64,000 nt of DNA from positions 4,268,783 through 4,332,782 of the forward strand of contig CM082580.2 of assembly GCA_040954595.2 (NCBI GenBank), given 5' to 3'. A model generated the notes under the pieces. The model ran no database searches. It was not told the origin of the DNA and saw only the letters and a program-made list of their open reading frames with translations. This document shows positions 39,801 through 54,300 of the stretch, piece after piece (the stretch's first letter is position 1; the number at the start of each line of letters is the position of its first letter). Source of the stretch: Balanoglossus misakiensis (taxonomy: Eukaryota; Animalia; Hemichordata). The position numbers and the translations under genes were made by a program.

Positions 39801-40848
39801 ATGGTAAGTACTCTTGAAATCAAATTCAGGCTTTCGTGAGATCTCCAAATGCCATATGCATGCACTCCAGAGTTTCTCCAACTTGTATCCTGACACGTTG
39901 CATTCGCGTCCATTTCAATGGGAATCGAATGACCTTTCTGTGAGGCTGTTGAATTTTCATTTCTGCTCCAAAGTGTAACCGATCTGCTGATGTGCGCTTT
40001 TGGACGCGGACTTTTGAAATAATCTACTCCCGTCACCAGATATATCTTGAACACTCGTACAGTGTAACGGTATATTCCGTTGACTGGATCACCTGGCTTG
40101 ATCATTGGCAAAAGTACTCCCATTCATTTATGCAGGGACTGTTTTGAACTAATAATACCAGAGTAAGTAGGACTGGTAATGAATCCTTTTAAGTCCTTAA
40201 TTAAATGTAGGTACATGTATGCATTATTTATTTTGCACTATCTCAGTCTACTTTTTATTTCTTTTTCAGTCTGCACTTTTCAATTTCCAGAGTTTATTGA
40301 CAGTTATAATCCTTTTGATATGTACTTGTACATACATCCGGGCATTAGCACCAAGAATGTTGGATAAAAACAAGGAAGGGTAAGTGTTTCAACAAATTTG
40401 ACTCACAGGAACCAGCCAGCTTCTCAGAACAAGACCAAAACAAAAAGGGAAAAAATCTTAAACTACTATTTCCAGACCTACTATGATGTCAGGGATGATC
40501 ACCCCATTAACCATCAGTTGGGTAACCCTGTATAAAGAAAAAACTTCAAATTTGGTTTGCTTATATATCAGAATTATGAGATGAATTCTTCCTTAAGGTG
40601 GATTATGTAAATAGGATTACATTTCCAGGAATGTTTAATTGCGATATAATTTTGCATACAGCAAATTATCATCTCCAGACTTGCAAATGCATTGATACTG
40701 TATCAAATGATGTAATGTTGTTTCGACTGTGTTTTATTGCAGATTACTGGGAATATTTTGGAAGTGTGCCAGGATAGGAGAGAGAAAAAGTCCATATGTT
40801 GCAGTATGCTGTGTTGCCATGGCATTCAGTATATTATTTTGGCAGTAA
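39801..40848 (+). CDS. TMEM167A: Protein kish-A / TMEM167 (Golgi secretory pathway), 72 aa, 3 coding exons
   Basis: Exons 39801-39803 (ATG then GTAAGT), 40270-40379, 40743-40848: [72 protein letters not shown]. Not in the ORF track because of splicing. Candidate AATAAA at ~41349 and ~42204. Confidence 0.95.
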
Positions 40849-42394
40849 TCAAAACAACAGAGATAAACATTTTGACATGCAAGTGTATGGAGGCTTTTGC
40901 AGATGTCTTCATACTTGACATGGACAATGTGCTGACTTTAGCATAAATCAACAATCATAAACATGTTTTGACTTCTTGATTGCTATAAAAATATGACTAA
41001 TAAATAATGAAAATACCACATACTGTCATATTTTGTAAAATTCCTAATTTTTTTTTTGTTTATTTTAAGCATTCTGATGTTTTTGTTTTGTTCTGACATC
41101 AGATCATCATATTTGATAATATGCAGGAACTGATCACAGGTATGTAATATTTTGAACACTGTCAAAGCAAACAACAGGAATAAAAGATAAAAACCTGCAT
41201 ACCACATGATATCTGTCCTGTCATCACAACCATACATTTTTTTCTAGGTGCAGGGCCTATACAAATGAAATATTTTTGAGAGTTTGTTATCATTTCTGAC
41301 ACAAAATGGTCATGACCAGTTTAAAAAATTCATTTCAAGTTTTGTACAATAAAACATTATTTATATGGCTTTGCAGAAATGGCCACTTCTTATTGGATGT
41401 TGAGAATATGTAACTAACTTTGCCTGTACTGAGCTTGGTTAATATATTGTGTCATTGAAAACTGAAGATGCTTCAAGTACTGCCTGCTAATATCCAGTTC
41501 CCAATGACAAGAATAGAAAATACTACATGTATAATCAAAATGTTAAGTTAAAAAACCACTTAGCCTGCCTGCATGTCAGTGGCATTTTCTGATTGCTAAA
41601 ACCAGTTCTCACAGAATCTTCTACTAGCAGGCATATCATAAATGAATTTCTGTTCTGTATTTTGCATCCTCTCACAGTTTTGAATGGCAGACATGTAATT
41701 TGCTGGAAAATTCAAATACATTTGTATCTTCAGACACTACTTGGATAATTTATGACCAGCAAAATTGCGAAGTACACTCTTTCAGTCTATGTCATGGAAG
41801 AATGTTTTATTCTGCTGTATTGACAGGCAGCAAATGTGAACATTTTTTGTTATTCAAAATGGAAAAAGTGCATTTGATACAGATTTACACTGCATTTTTA
41901 TGATACAGGCACATTCAAAAATGACCAACCACTCTTTAAAATAGCTGTACATGTACCATTTTTTTCTGTTTCACTACAATGGTATGTGACTTTACAGAGT
42001 CCGGTTTCAGATCCCACTTGGAATAAAATTGCCTGATGTAATTCTCAAAGTATGTTGTGTGGACAAACTTGTCAACCTTTGTTGTGTATCTATCTATGTA
42101 TCTTTTTTTTACACAACTGAATAGCACATAAGAGTATACATGTGCCCTGTGTCTTCATTCTTTTAGTTTCACTTGTACATCTTCCATAAAGGTTTGCATT
42201 GTAAATAAACATATCTGTATGAAATGAATACATGTTTGTTCAGGAACTTTATCCAAATTGTCACTGGCTCAAAAATAATGGAATTACAGTAATAGTAATG
42301 AAATGGGACAGAGGAGATAATAAATAGGCAATACTAAAATTTCAATGTCCCAAAAAAAATGTCTTCCTAAAAATTAAATAGCAACAACGTCGAC

Positions 42395-45300
42395 CTTCTT
42401 GATTTGAGATCTTGGTCAAGACATTTATGGGGTCAGAGGTTGCCAGCACTTGACCCACCAGTGGGAATGGCCTTTACCACCAAACCTCTGCAACACATCA
42501 GCCTCTTTGGTCTTCTTGATGTGACATCCTCTTGGTCCAGAAAACTATGGGGTCAGAGGTTGCCAGCACTTGACCCACCGCTGGGATTAGTCTTTACCAC
42601 CAAACCTCTGCAACATATCAGCCTCTTTGGTCTTCTTGATGTGACATCCTCTTGGTCCAGAAAACTATGGGGTCAGAGGTTGCCAGCACTTGACCCACCG
42701 CTGGGATTGGCCTTTACCACCAAACCTCTGCAACATATCAGCCTCTTTGGTCTTCTTGATGTGACATCCTCTTGGTCCAGAAAACTATGGGGTCAGAGGT
42801 TGCCAGCACTTGACCCACCGCTGGGATTGGCCTTTACCACCAAACCTCTGCAACATATCAGCCTCTTTGGTCTTCTTGATGTGACATCCTCTTGGTCCAG
42901 AAAACTATGGGGTCAGAGGTTGCCAGCATTTGACCCACCGGTGGGATTGGCCTTTACCACCAAACCTCTGCAACATATCAGCCTCTTTGGTCTTCTTGAT
43001 GTGACATCCTCTTGGTCCAGAAAACTATGGGGTCAGAGGTTGCCAGCACTTGACCCACCGCTGGGATTGGCCTTTACCACCAAACCTCTGCAACATATCA
43101 GCCTCTTTGGTCTTCTTGATGTGACATCCTCTTGGTCCAGAAAACTATGGGGTCAGAGGTTGCCAGCACTTGACCCACCGCTGGGATTGGCCTTTACCAC
43201 CAAACCTCTGCAACATATCAGCCTCTTTGGTCTTCTTGATGTGACATCCTCTTGGTCCAGAAAACTATGGGGTCAGAGGTTGCCAGCACTTGACCCACCG
43301 CTGGGATTGGCCTTTACCACCAAACCTCTGCAACATATCAGCCTCTTTGGTCTTCTTGATGTGACATCCTCTTGGTCCAGAAAACTATGGGGTCAGAGGT
43401 TGCCAGCACTTGACCCACCGCTGGGATTGGCCTTTACCACCAAACCTCTGCAACATATCAGCCTCTTTGGTCTTCTTGATGTGACATCCTCTTGGTCCAG
43501 AAAACTATGGGGTCAGAGGTTGCCAGCACTTGACCCACCGCTGGGATTGGCCTTTACCACCAAACCTCTGCAACATATCAGCCTCTTTGGTCTTCTTGAT
43601 GTGACATCCTCTTGGTCCAGAAAACTATGGGGTCAAAGGTTGCCAGCACTTGACCCACCGCTGGGATTGGCCTTTACCACCAAACCTCTGCAACATATCA
43701 GCCTCTTTGGTCTTCATGATGTGACATCCTCTTGGTCCAGAAAACTATGGGGTCAGAGGTTGCCAGCACTTGACCCACCGGTGGGATTGGCCTTTACCAC
43801 CAAACCTCTGCAACATATCAGCCTCTTTGGTCTTCTTGATGTGACATCCTCTTGGTCCAGAAAACTATGGGGTCAGAGGTTGCCAGCGGTGGGATTGGCC
43901 TTTACCACCAAACCTCCGCAACATATCAGCCTCTTTGGTCTTCTTGATGTGACATCCTCTTGGTCCAGAAAACTATGGGGTCAGAGGTTGCCAGCACTTG
44001 ACCCACCGGTGGGATTGGCCTTTACCACCAAACCTCTGCAACATATCAGCCTCTTTGGTCTTCTTGATGTGACATCCTCTTGGTCCAGAAAACTATGGGG
44101 TCAGAGGTTGCCAGCACTTGACCCACCGGTGGGATTGGCCTTTACCACCAAACCTCTGCAACATATCAGCCTCTTTGGTCTTCTTGATGTGACATCCTCT
44201 TGGTCCAGAAAACTATGGGGTCAGAGGTTGCCAGCACTTGACCCACCGGTGGGATTGGCCTTTACCACCAAACCTCTGCAACATATCAGCCTCTTTGGTC
44301 TTCTTGATGTGACATCCTCTTGGTCCAGAAAACTATGGGGTCAGAGGTTGCCAGCACTTGACCCACCGGTGGGATTGGCCTTTACCACCAAACCTCTGTA
44401 ACATGTCAGCCTCTTTGGTCTTCTTGATGTGACATCCTCTTGGTCCAGAAAACTATGGGGTCAGAGGTTGCCAGCACTTGACCCACCGGTGGGATTGGCC
44501 TTTACCACCAAACCTCTGCAACATATCAGCCTCTTTGGTCTTCTTGATGTGACATCCTCTTGGTCCAGAAAACTATGGGGTCAGAGGTTGCCAGCACTTG
44601 ACCCACCGGTGGGATTGGCCTTTACCACCAAACCTCTGCAACATATCAGCCTCTTTGGTCTTCTTGATGTGACATCCTCTTGGTCTAGAAAACTATGGGG
44701 TCAGAGGTTGCCAGCACTTGACCCACCGGTGGGATTGGCCTTTACCACCAAACCTCTGCAACATGTCAGCCTCTTTCGTCTTCTTGATGTGACATTCTCT
44801 TGGTCCAGAAAACTATGGGGTCAGAGGTTGCCAGCACTTGACCCACCGGTGGGATTGGCCTTTACCACCAAACCTCTGCAACATATCAGCCTCTTTGGTC
44901 TTCTTGATGTGACATCCTCTTGGTCCAGAAAACTATGGGGTCAGAGGTTGCCAGCACTTGACCCACCGGTGGGATTGGCCTTTACCACCAAACCTCTGCA
45001 ACATATCAGCCTCTTTGGTCTTCTTGATGTGACATCCTCTTGGTCCAGAAAACTATGGGGTCAGAGGTTGCCAGCACTTGACCCACCGGTGGGATTGGCC
45101 TTTACCACCAAAACTCTGCAACATATCAGGCTCTTTGGTCTTCTTGATGTGACATCCTCTTGGTCCAGAAAACTATGGGGTCAGAGGTTGCCAGCACTTG
45201 ACCCACCGCTGGGATTGGCCTTTACCACCAAACCTCTGCAACATATCAGCCTCTTTGGTCTTCTTGATGTGACATCCTCTTGGTCCAGAAAACTATGGGG

Positions 45301-48300
45301 TCAGAGGTTGCCAGCACTTGACCCACCGCTGGGATTGGCCTTTACCACCAAACCTCTGCAACATATCAGCCTCTTTGGTCTTCTTGATGTGACATCCTCT
45401 TGGTCCAGAAAACTATGGGGTCAGAGGTTGCCAGCACTTGACCCACCGGTGGGATTGGCCTTTACCACCAAACCTCTGCAACATATCAGCCTCTTTGGTC
45501 TTCTTGATGTGACATCCTCTTGGTCCAGAAAACTATGGGGTCAGAGGTTGCCAGCACTTGACCCACCGGTGGGATTGGCCTTTACCACCAAACCTCTGCA
45601 ACATATCAGCCTCTTTGGTCTTCTTGATGTGACATCCTCTTGGTCCAGAAAACTATGGGGTCAGAGGTTGCCAGCGGTGGGATTGGCCTTTACCACCAAA
45701 CCTCCGCAACATATCAGCCTCTTTGGTCTTCTTGATGTGACATCCTCTTGGTCCAGAAAACTATGGGGTCAGAGGTTGCCAGCACTTGACCCACCGATGG
45801 GATTGGCCTTTACCACCAAACCTCTGCAACATGTCAGCCTCTTTGGTCTTCTTGATGTGACATCCTCTTGGTCCAGAAAACTATGGGGAGGTTGCCAGCA
45901 CTTGACCCACCGGTGCGATTGGCCTTTACCACCAAACCTCTGCAACATATCAGCCTCTTTGGTCTTCTTGATGTGACATCCTCTTGGTCCAGAAAACTAT
46001 GGGGTCAGAGGTTGCCAGCACTTGACCCACCGGTGGGATTGGCCTTTACCACCAAACCTCTGCAACATATCAGCCTCTTTGGTCTTCTTGATGTGACATC
46101 CTCTTGGTCCAGAAAACTATGGGGTCAGAGGTTGCCAGCACTTGACCCACCGGTGGGATTGGCCTTTACCACCAAACCTCTGCAACATATCAGCCTCTTT
46201 GGTCTTCTTGATGTGACATTCTCTTGGTCCAGAAAACTATGGGGTCAGAGGTTGCCAGCACTTGACCCACCGGTGGGATTGGCCTTTACCACCAAACCTC
46301 TGCAACATGTCAGCCTCTTTGGTCTTCTTGATGTGACATCCTCTTGGTCCAGAAAACTATGGGGTCAGAGGTTGCCAGCACTTGACCCACCGGTGGGATT
46401 GGCCTTTACCACCAAACCTCTGCAACATATCAGCCTCTTTGGTCTTCTTGATGTGACATCCTCTTGGTCCAGAAAACTATGGGGTCAGAGGTTGCCAGCA
46501 CTTGACCCACCGGTGGGATTGGCCTTTACCACCAAACCTCTGCAACATATCAGCCTCTTTGGTCTTCTTGATGTGACATCCTCTTGGTCCAGAAAACTAT
46601 GGGGTCAGAGGTTGCCAGCACTTGACCCACCGGTGGGATTGGCCTTTACCACCAAACCTCTGCAACATATCAGCCTCTTTGGTCTTCTTGATGTGACATC
46701 CTCTTGGTCCAGAAAACTATGGGGTCAGAGGTTGCCAGCACTTGACCCACCGGTGGGATTGGCCTTTACCACCAAACCTCTGCAACATATCAGCCTCTTT
46801 GGTCTTCTTGATGTGACATCCTCTTGGTCCAGAAAACTATGGGGTCAGAGGTTGCCAGCACTTGACCCACCGCTGGGATTGGCCTTTACCACCAAACCTC
46901 TGCAACATATCAGCCTCTTTGGTCTTCTTGATGTGACATCCTCTTGGTCCAGAAAACTATGGGGTCAGAGGTTGCCAGCACTTGACCCACCGCTGGGATT
47001 GGCCTTTACCACCAAACCTCTGCAACATATCAGCCTCTTTGGTCTTCTTGATGTGACATCCTCTTGGTCCAGAAAACTATGGGGTCAGAGGTTGCCAGCA
47101 CTTGACCCACCGCTGGGATTGGCCTTTACCACCAAACCTCTGTAACATATCAGCCTCATTGGTCTTCTTGATGTGACATCCTCTTGGTCCAGAAAACTAT
47201 GGGGTCAGAGGTTGCCAGCACTTGACCCACCGGTGGGATTGGCCTTTACCACCAAACCTCTGCAACATATCAGCCTCTTTGGTCTTCTTGATGTGACATC
47301 CTCTTGGTCCAGAAAACTATGGGGTCAGAGGTTGCCAGCACTTGACCCACCGGTGGGATTGGCCTTTACCACCAAACCTCTGCAACATATCAGCCTCTTT
47401 GGTCTTCTTGATGTGACATCCTCTTGGTCCAGAAAACTATGGGGTCAGAGGTTGCCAGCGGTGGGATTGGCCTTTACCACCAAACCTCCGCAACATATCA
47501 GCCTCTTTGGTCTTCTTGATGTGACATCCTCTTGGTCCAGAAAACTATGGGGTCAGAGGTTGCCAGCACTTGACCCACCGGTGGGATTGGCCTTTACCAC
47601 CAAACCTCTGCAACATATCAGCCTCTTTGGTCTTCTTGATGTGACATCCTCTTGGTCCAGAAAACTATGGGGTCAGAGGTTGCCAGCACTTGACCCACCG
47701 GTGGGATTGGCCTTTACCACCAAACCTCTGCAACATATCAGCCTCTTTGGTCTTCTTGATGTGACATCCTCTTGGTCCAGAAAACTATGGGGTCAGAGGT
47801 TGCCAGCACTTGACCCACCGGTGGGATTGGCCTTTACCACCAAACCTCTGCAACATATCAGCCTCTTTGGTCTTCTTGATGTGACATCCTCTTGGTCCAG
47901 AAAACTATGGGGTCAGAGGTTGCCAGCACTTGACCCACCGGTGGGATTGGCCTTTACCACCAAACCTCTGTAACATGTCAGCCTCTTTGGTCTTCTTGAT
48001 GTGACATCCTCTTGGTCCAGAAAACTATGGGGTCAGAGGTTGCCAGCACTTGACCCACCGGTGGGATTGGCCTTTACCACCAAACCTCTGCAACATATCA
48101 GCCTCTTTGGTCTTCTTGATGTGACATCCTCTTGGTCCAGAAAACTATGGGGTCAGAGGTTGCCAGCACTTGACCCACCGGTGGGATTGGCCTTTACCAC
48201 CAAACCTCTGCAACATATCAGCCTCTTTGGTCTTCTTGATGTGACATCCTCTTGGTCCAGAAAACTATGGGGTCAGAGGTTGCCAGCACTTGACCCACCG

Positions 48301-51300
48301 GTGGGATTGGCCTTTACCACCAAACCTCTGCAACATGTCAGCCTCTTTGGTCTTCTTGATGTGACATTCTCTTGGTCCAGAAAACTATGGGGTCAGAGGT
48401 TGCCAGCACTTGACCCACCGGTGGGATTGGCCTTTACCACCAAACCTCTGCAACATATCAGCCTCTTTGGTCTTCTTGATGTGACATCCTCTTGGTCCAG
48501 AAAACTATGGGGTCAGAGGTTGCCAGCACTTGACCCACCGGTGGGATTGGCCTTTACCACCAAACCTCTGCAACATATCAGCCTCTTTGGTCTTCTTGAT
48601 GTGACATCCTCTTGGTCCAGAAAACTATGGGGTCAGAGGTTGCCAGCACTTGACCCACCGGTGGGATTGGCCTTTACCACCAAACCTCTGCAACATATCA
48701 GGCTCTTTGGTCTTCTTGATGTGACATCCTCTTGGTCCAGAAAACTATGGGGTCAGAGGTTGCCAGCACTTGACCCACCGCTGGGATTGGCCTTTACCAC
48801 CAAACCTCTGCAACATATCAGCCTCTTTGGTCTTCTTGATGTGACATCCTCTTGGTCCAGAAAACTATGGGGTCAGAGGTTGCCAGCACTTGACCCACCG
48901 CTGGGATTGGCCTTTACCACCAAACCTCTGCAACATATCAGCCTCTTTGGTCTTCTTGATGTGACATCCTCTTGGTCCAGAAAACTATGGGGTCAGAGGT
49001 TGCCAGCACTTGACCCACCGGTGGGATTGGCCTTTACCACCAAACCTCTGCAACATATCAGCCTCTTTGGTCTTCTTGATGTGACATCCTCTTGGTCCAG
49101 AAAACTATGGGGTCAGAGGTTGCCAGCACTTGACCCACCGGTGGGATTGGCCTTTACCACCAAACCTCTGCAACATATCAGCCTCTTTGGTCTTCTTGAT
49201 GTGACATCCTCTTGGTCCAGAAAACTATGGGGTCAGAGGTTGCCAGCGGTGGGATTGGCCTTTACCACCAAACCTCCGCAACATATCAGCCTCTTTGGTC
49301 TTCTTGATGTGACATCCTCTTGGTCCAGAAAACTATGGGGTCAGAGGTTGCCAGCACTTGACCCACCGATGGGATTGGCCTTTACCACCAAACCTCTGCA
49401 ACATGTCAGCCTCTTTGGTCTTCTTGATGTGACATCCTCTTGGTCCAGAAAACTATGGGGAGGTTGCCAGCACTTGACCCACCGGTGCGATTGGCCTTTA
49501 CCACCAAACCTCTGCAACATATCAGCCTCTTTGGTCTTCTTGATGTGACATCCTCTTGGTCCAGAAAACTATGGGGTCAGAGGTTGCCAGCACTTGACCC
49601 ACCGGTGGGATTGGCCTTTACCACCAAACCTCTGCAACATATCAGCCTCTTTGGTCTTCTTGATGTGACATCCTCTTGGTCCAGAAAACTATGGGGTCAG
49701 AGGTTGCCAGCACTTGACCCACCGGTGGGATTGGCCTTTACCACCAAACCTCTGCAACATATCAGCCTCTTTGGTCTTCTTGATGTGACATTCTCTTGGT
49801 CCAGAAAACTATGGGGTCAGAGGTTGCCAGCACTTGACCCACCGGTGGGATTGGCCTTTACCACCAAACCTCTGCAACATGTCAGCCTCTTTGGTCTTCT
49901 TGATGTGACATCCTCTTGGTCCAGAAAACTATGGGGTCAGAGGTTGCCAGCACTTGACCCACCGGTGGGATTGGCCTTTACCACCAAACCTCTGCAACAT
50001 ATCAGCCTCTTTGGTCTTCTTGATGTGACATCCTCTTGGTCCAGAAAACTATGGGGTCAGAGGTTGCCAGCACTTGACCCACCGGTGGGATTGGCCTTTA
50101 CCACCAAACCTCTGCAACATATCAGCCTCTTTGGTCTTCTTGATGTGACATCCTCTTGGTCCAGAAAACTATGGGGTCAGAGGTTGCCAGCACTTGACCC
50201 ACCGGTGGGATTGGCCTTTACCACCAAACCTCTGCAACATATCAGCCTCTTTGGTCTTCTTGATGTGACATCCTCTTGGTCCAGAAAACTATGGGGTCAG
50301 AGGTTGCCAGCACTTGACCCACCGGTGGGATTGGCCTTTACCACCAAACCTCTGCAACATATCAGCCTCTTTGGTCTTCTTGATGTGACATCCTCTTGGT
50401 CCAGAAAACTATGGGGTCAGAGGTTGCCAGCACTTGACCCACCGCTGGGATTGGCCTTTACCACCAAACCTCTGCAACATATCAGCCTCTTTGGTCTTCT
50501 TGATGTGACATCCTCTTGGTCCAGAAAACTATGGGGTCAGAGGTTGCCAGCACTTGACCCACCGGTGGGATTGGCCTTTACCACCAAACCTCTGCAACAT
50601 ATCAGCCTCTTTGGTCTTCTTGATGTGACATCCTCTTGGTCCAGAAAACTATGGGGTCAGAGGTTGCCAGCACTTGACCCACCGCTGGGATTGGCCTTTA
50701 CCACCAAACCTCTGTAACATATCAGCCTCATTGGTCTTCTTGATGTGACATCCTCTTGGTCCAGAAAACTATGGGGTCAGAGGTTGCCAGCACTTGACCC
50801 ACCGGTGGGATTGGCCTTTACCACCAAACCTCTGCAACATATCAGCCTCTTTGGTCTTCTTGATGTGACATCCTCTTGGTCCAGAAAACTATGGGGTCAG
50901 AGGTTGCCAGCACTTGACCCACCGGTGCGATTGGCCTTTACCACCAAACCTCTGCAACATATCAGCCTCTTTGGTCTTCTTGATGTGACATCCTCTTGGT
51001 CCAGAAAACTATGGGGTCAGAGGTTGCCAGCACTTGACCCACCGGTGGGATTGGCCTTTACCACCAAACCTCTGCAACATATCAGCCTCTTTGGTCTTCT
51101 TGATGTGACATCCTCTTGGTCCAGAAAACTATGGGGTCAGAGGTTGCCAGCACTTGACCCACCGGTGGGATTGGCCTTTACCACCAAACCTCTGCAACAT
51201 ATCAGCCTCTTTGGTCTTCTTGATGTGACATCCTCTTGGTCCAGAAAACTATGGGGTCAGAGGTTGCCAGCACTTGACCCACCGCTGGGATTGGCCTTTA

Positions 51301-54300
51301 CCACCAAACCTCTGCAACATATCAGCCTCTTTGGTCTTCTTGATGTGACATCCTCTTGGTCCAGAAAACTATGGGGTCAGAGGTTGCCAGCACTTGACCC
51401 ACCGCTGGGATTGGCCTTTACCACCAAACCTCTGTAACATATCAGCCTCATTGGTCTTCTTGATGTGACATCCTCTTGGTCCAGAAAACTATGGGGTCAG
51501 AGGTTGCCAGCACTTGACCCACCGGTGGGATTGGCCTTTACCACCAAACCTCTGCAACATATCAGCCTCTTTGGTCTTCTTGATGTGACATCCTCTTGGT
51601 CCAGAAAACTATGGGGTCAGAGGTTGCCAGCGGTGGGATTGGCCTTTACCACCAAACCTCCGCAACATATCAGCCTCTTTGGTCTTCTTGATGTGACATC
51701 CTCTTGGTCCAGAAAACTATGGGGTCAAAGGTTGCCAGCACTTGACCCACCGGTGGGATTGGCCTTTACCACCAAACCTCTGCAACATGTCAGCCTCTTT
51801 GGTCTTCTTGATGTGACATCCTCTTGGTCCAGAAAACTATGGGGTCAGAGGTTGCCAGCACTTGACCCACCGGTGGGATTGGCCTTTACCACCAAACCTC
51901 TGCAACATATCAGCCTCTTTGGTCTTCTTGATGTGACATTCTCTTGGTCCAGAAAACTATGGGGTCAGAGGTTGCCAGCACTTGACCCACCGGTGGGATT
52001 GGTCTTTACCACCAAACCTCTACAACATATCAGCCTCTTTGGTCTTCTTGATGTGACATCCTCTTGGTCCAGAAAACTATGGGGTCAGAGGTTGCCAGCA
52101 CTTGACCCACCGCTGGGATTGGCCTTTACCACCAAACCTCTGCAACATATCAGCCTTTTTGGTCTTCTTGATGTGACATCCTCTTGGTCCAGAAAACTAT
52201 GGGATCAGAGGTTGCCAGCACTTGACCCACCGGTGGGATTGGCCTTTACCACCAAACCTCTGCAACATATCAGCCTCTTTGGTCTTCTTGATGTGACATC
52301 CTCTTGGTCCAGAAAACTATGGGGTCAGAGGTTGCCAGCACTTGACCCACCGCTGGGATTGGCCTTTACCACCAAACCTCTGTAACATGTCAGCCTCTTT
52401 GGTCTTCTTGATGTGACATCCTCTTGGTCCAGAAAACTATGGGGTCAGAGGTTGCCAGCACTTGACCCACCGGTGGGATTGGCCTTTACCACCAAACCTC
52501 TGTAACATGTCAGCCTCTTTGGTCTTCTTGATGTGACATCCTCTTGGTCCAGAAAACTATGGGGTCAGAGGTTGCCAGCACTTGACCCACCGGTGGGATT
52601 GGCCTTTACCACCAAACCTCTGTAACATGTCAGCCTCTTTGGTCTTCTTGATGTGACATCCTCTTGGTCCAGAAAACTATGGGGTCAGAGGTTGCCAGCA
52701 CTTGACCCACCGGTGGGATTGGCCTTTACCACAAAACCTCTGCAACATATCAGCCTCTTTGGTCTTCTTGATGTGACATCCTCTTGGTCCAGAAAACTAT
52801 GGGGTCAGAGGTTGCCAGCACTTGACCCACCGCTGGGATTGGCCTTTACCACCAAACCTCTGCAACATATCAGCCTCTTTGGTCTTCTTGATGTGACATC
52901 TTCTTGGTCCAGACACTTATGGGGTCAGAGGTTGCCAGCACTTGACCCACCGCTGGGATTGGCCTTTACCACCAAACCTCTGCAACATATCAGCCTCTTT
53001 GGTCTTCTTGATGTGACATCCTCTTGGTCCAGAAAACTATGGGGTCAGAGGTTGCCAGCACTTGACCCACCGCTGGGATTGGCCTTTACCACCAAACCTC
53101 TGTAACATATCAGCCTCATTGGTCTTCTTGATGTGACATCCTCTTGGTCCAGAAAACTATGGGGTCAGAGGTTGCCAGCACTTGACCCACCGGTGGGATT
53201 GGCCTTTACCACCAAACCTCTGCAACATATCAGCCTCTTTGGTCTTCTTGATGTGACATCCTCTTGGTCCAGAAAACTATGGGGTCAGAGGTTGCCAGCA
53301 CTTGACCCACCGGTGGGATTGGCCTTTACCACCAAACCTCTGCAACATATCAGCCTCTTTGGTCTTCTTGATGTGACATCCTCTTGGTCCAGAAAACTAT
53401 GGGGTCAGAGGTTGCCAGCACTTGACCCACCGGTGGGATTGGCCTTTACCACCAAACCTCTGCAACATATCAGCCTCTTTGGTCTTCTTGATGTGACATC
53501 CTCTTGGTCCAGAAAACTATGGGGTCAGAGGTTGCCAGCACTTGACCCACCGGTGGGATTGGCCTTTACCACCAAACCTCTGCAACATATCGGCCTCTTT
53601 GGTCTTCTTGATGTGACATCCTCTTGGTCCAGAAAACTATGGGGTCAGAGGTTGCCAGCACTTGACCCACCGGTGGGATTGGCCTTTACCACCAAACCTC
53701 TGCAACATATCAGCCTCTTTGGTCTTCTTGATGTGACATCCTCTTGGTCCAGAAAACTATGGGGTCAGAGGTTGCCAGCACTTGACCCACCGCTGGGATT
53801 GGCCTTTACCACCAAACCTCTGCAACATATCAGCCTCTTTGGTCTTCTTGATGTGACATCCTCTTGGTCCAGAAAACTATGGGGTCAGAGGTTGCCAGCA
53901 CTTGACCCACCGCTGGGATTGGCCTTTACCACCAAACCTCTGTAACATATCAGCCTCATTGGTCTTCTTGATGTGACATCCTCTTGGTCCAGAAAACTAT
54001 GGGGTCAGAGGTTGCCAGCACTTGACCCACCGGTGGGATTGGCCTTTACCACCAAACCTCTGCAACATATCAGCCTCTTTGGTCTTCTTGATGTGACATC
54101 CTCTTGGTCCAGAAAACTATGGGGTCAGAGGTTGCCAGCGGTGGGATTGGCCTTTACCACCAAACCTCTGCAACATATCAGGCTCTTTGGTCTTCTTGAT
54201 GTGACATCCTCTTGGTCCAGAAAACTATGGGGTCAGAGGTTGCCAGCACTTGACCCACCGGTGGGATTGGCCTTTACCACCAAACCTCTGCAACATATCA

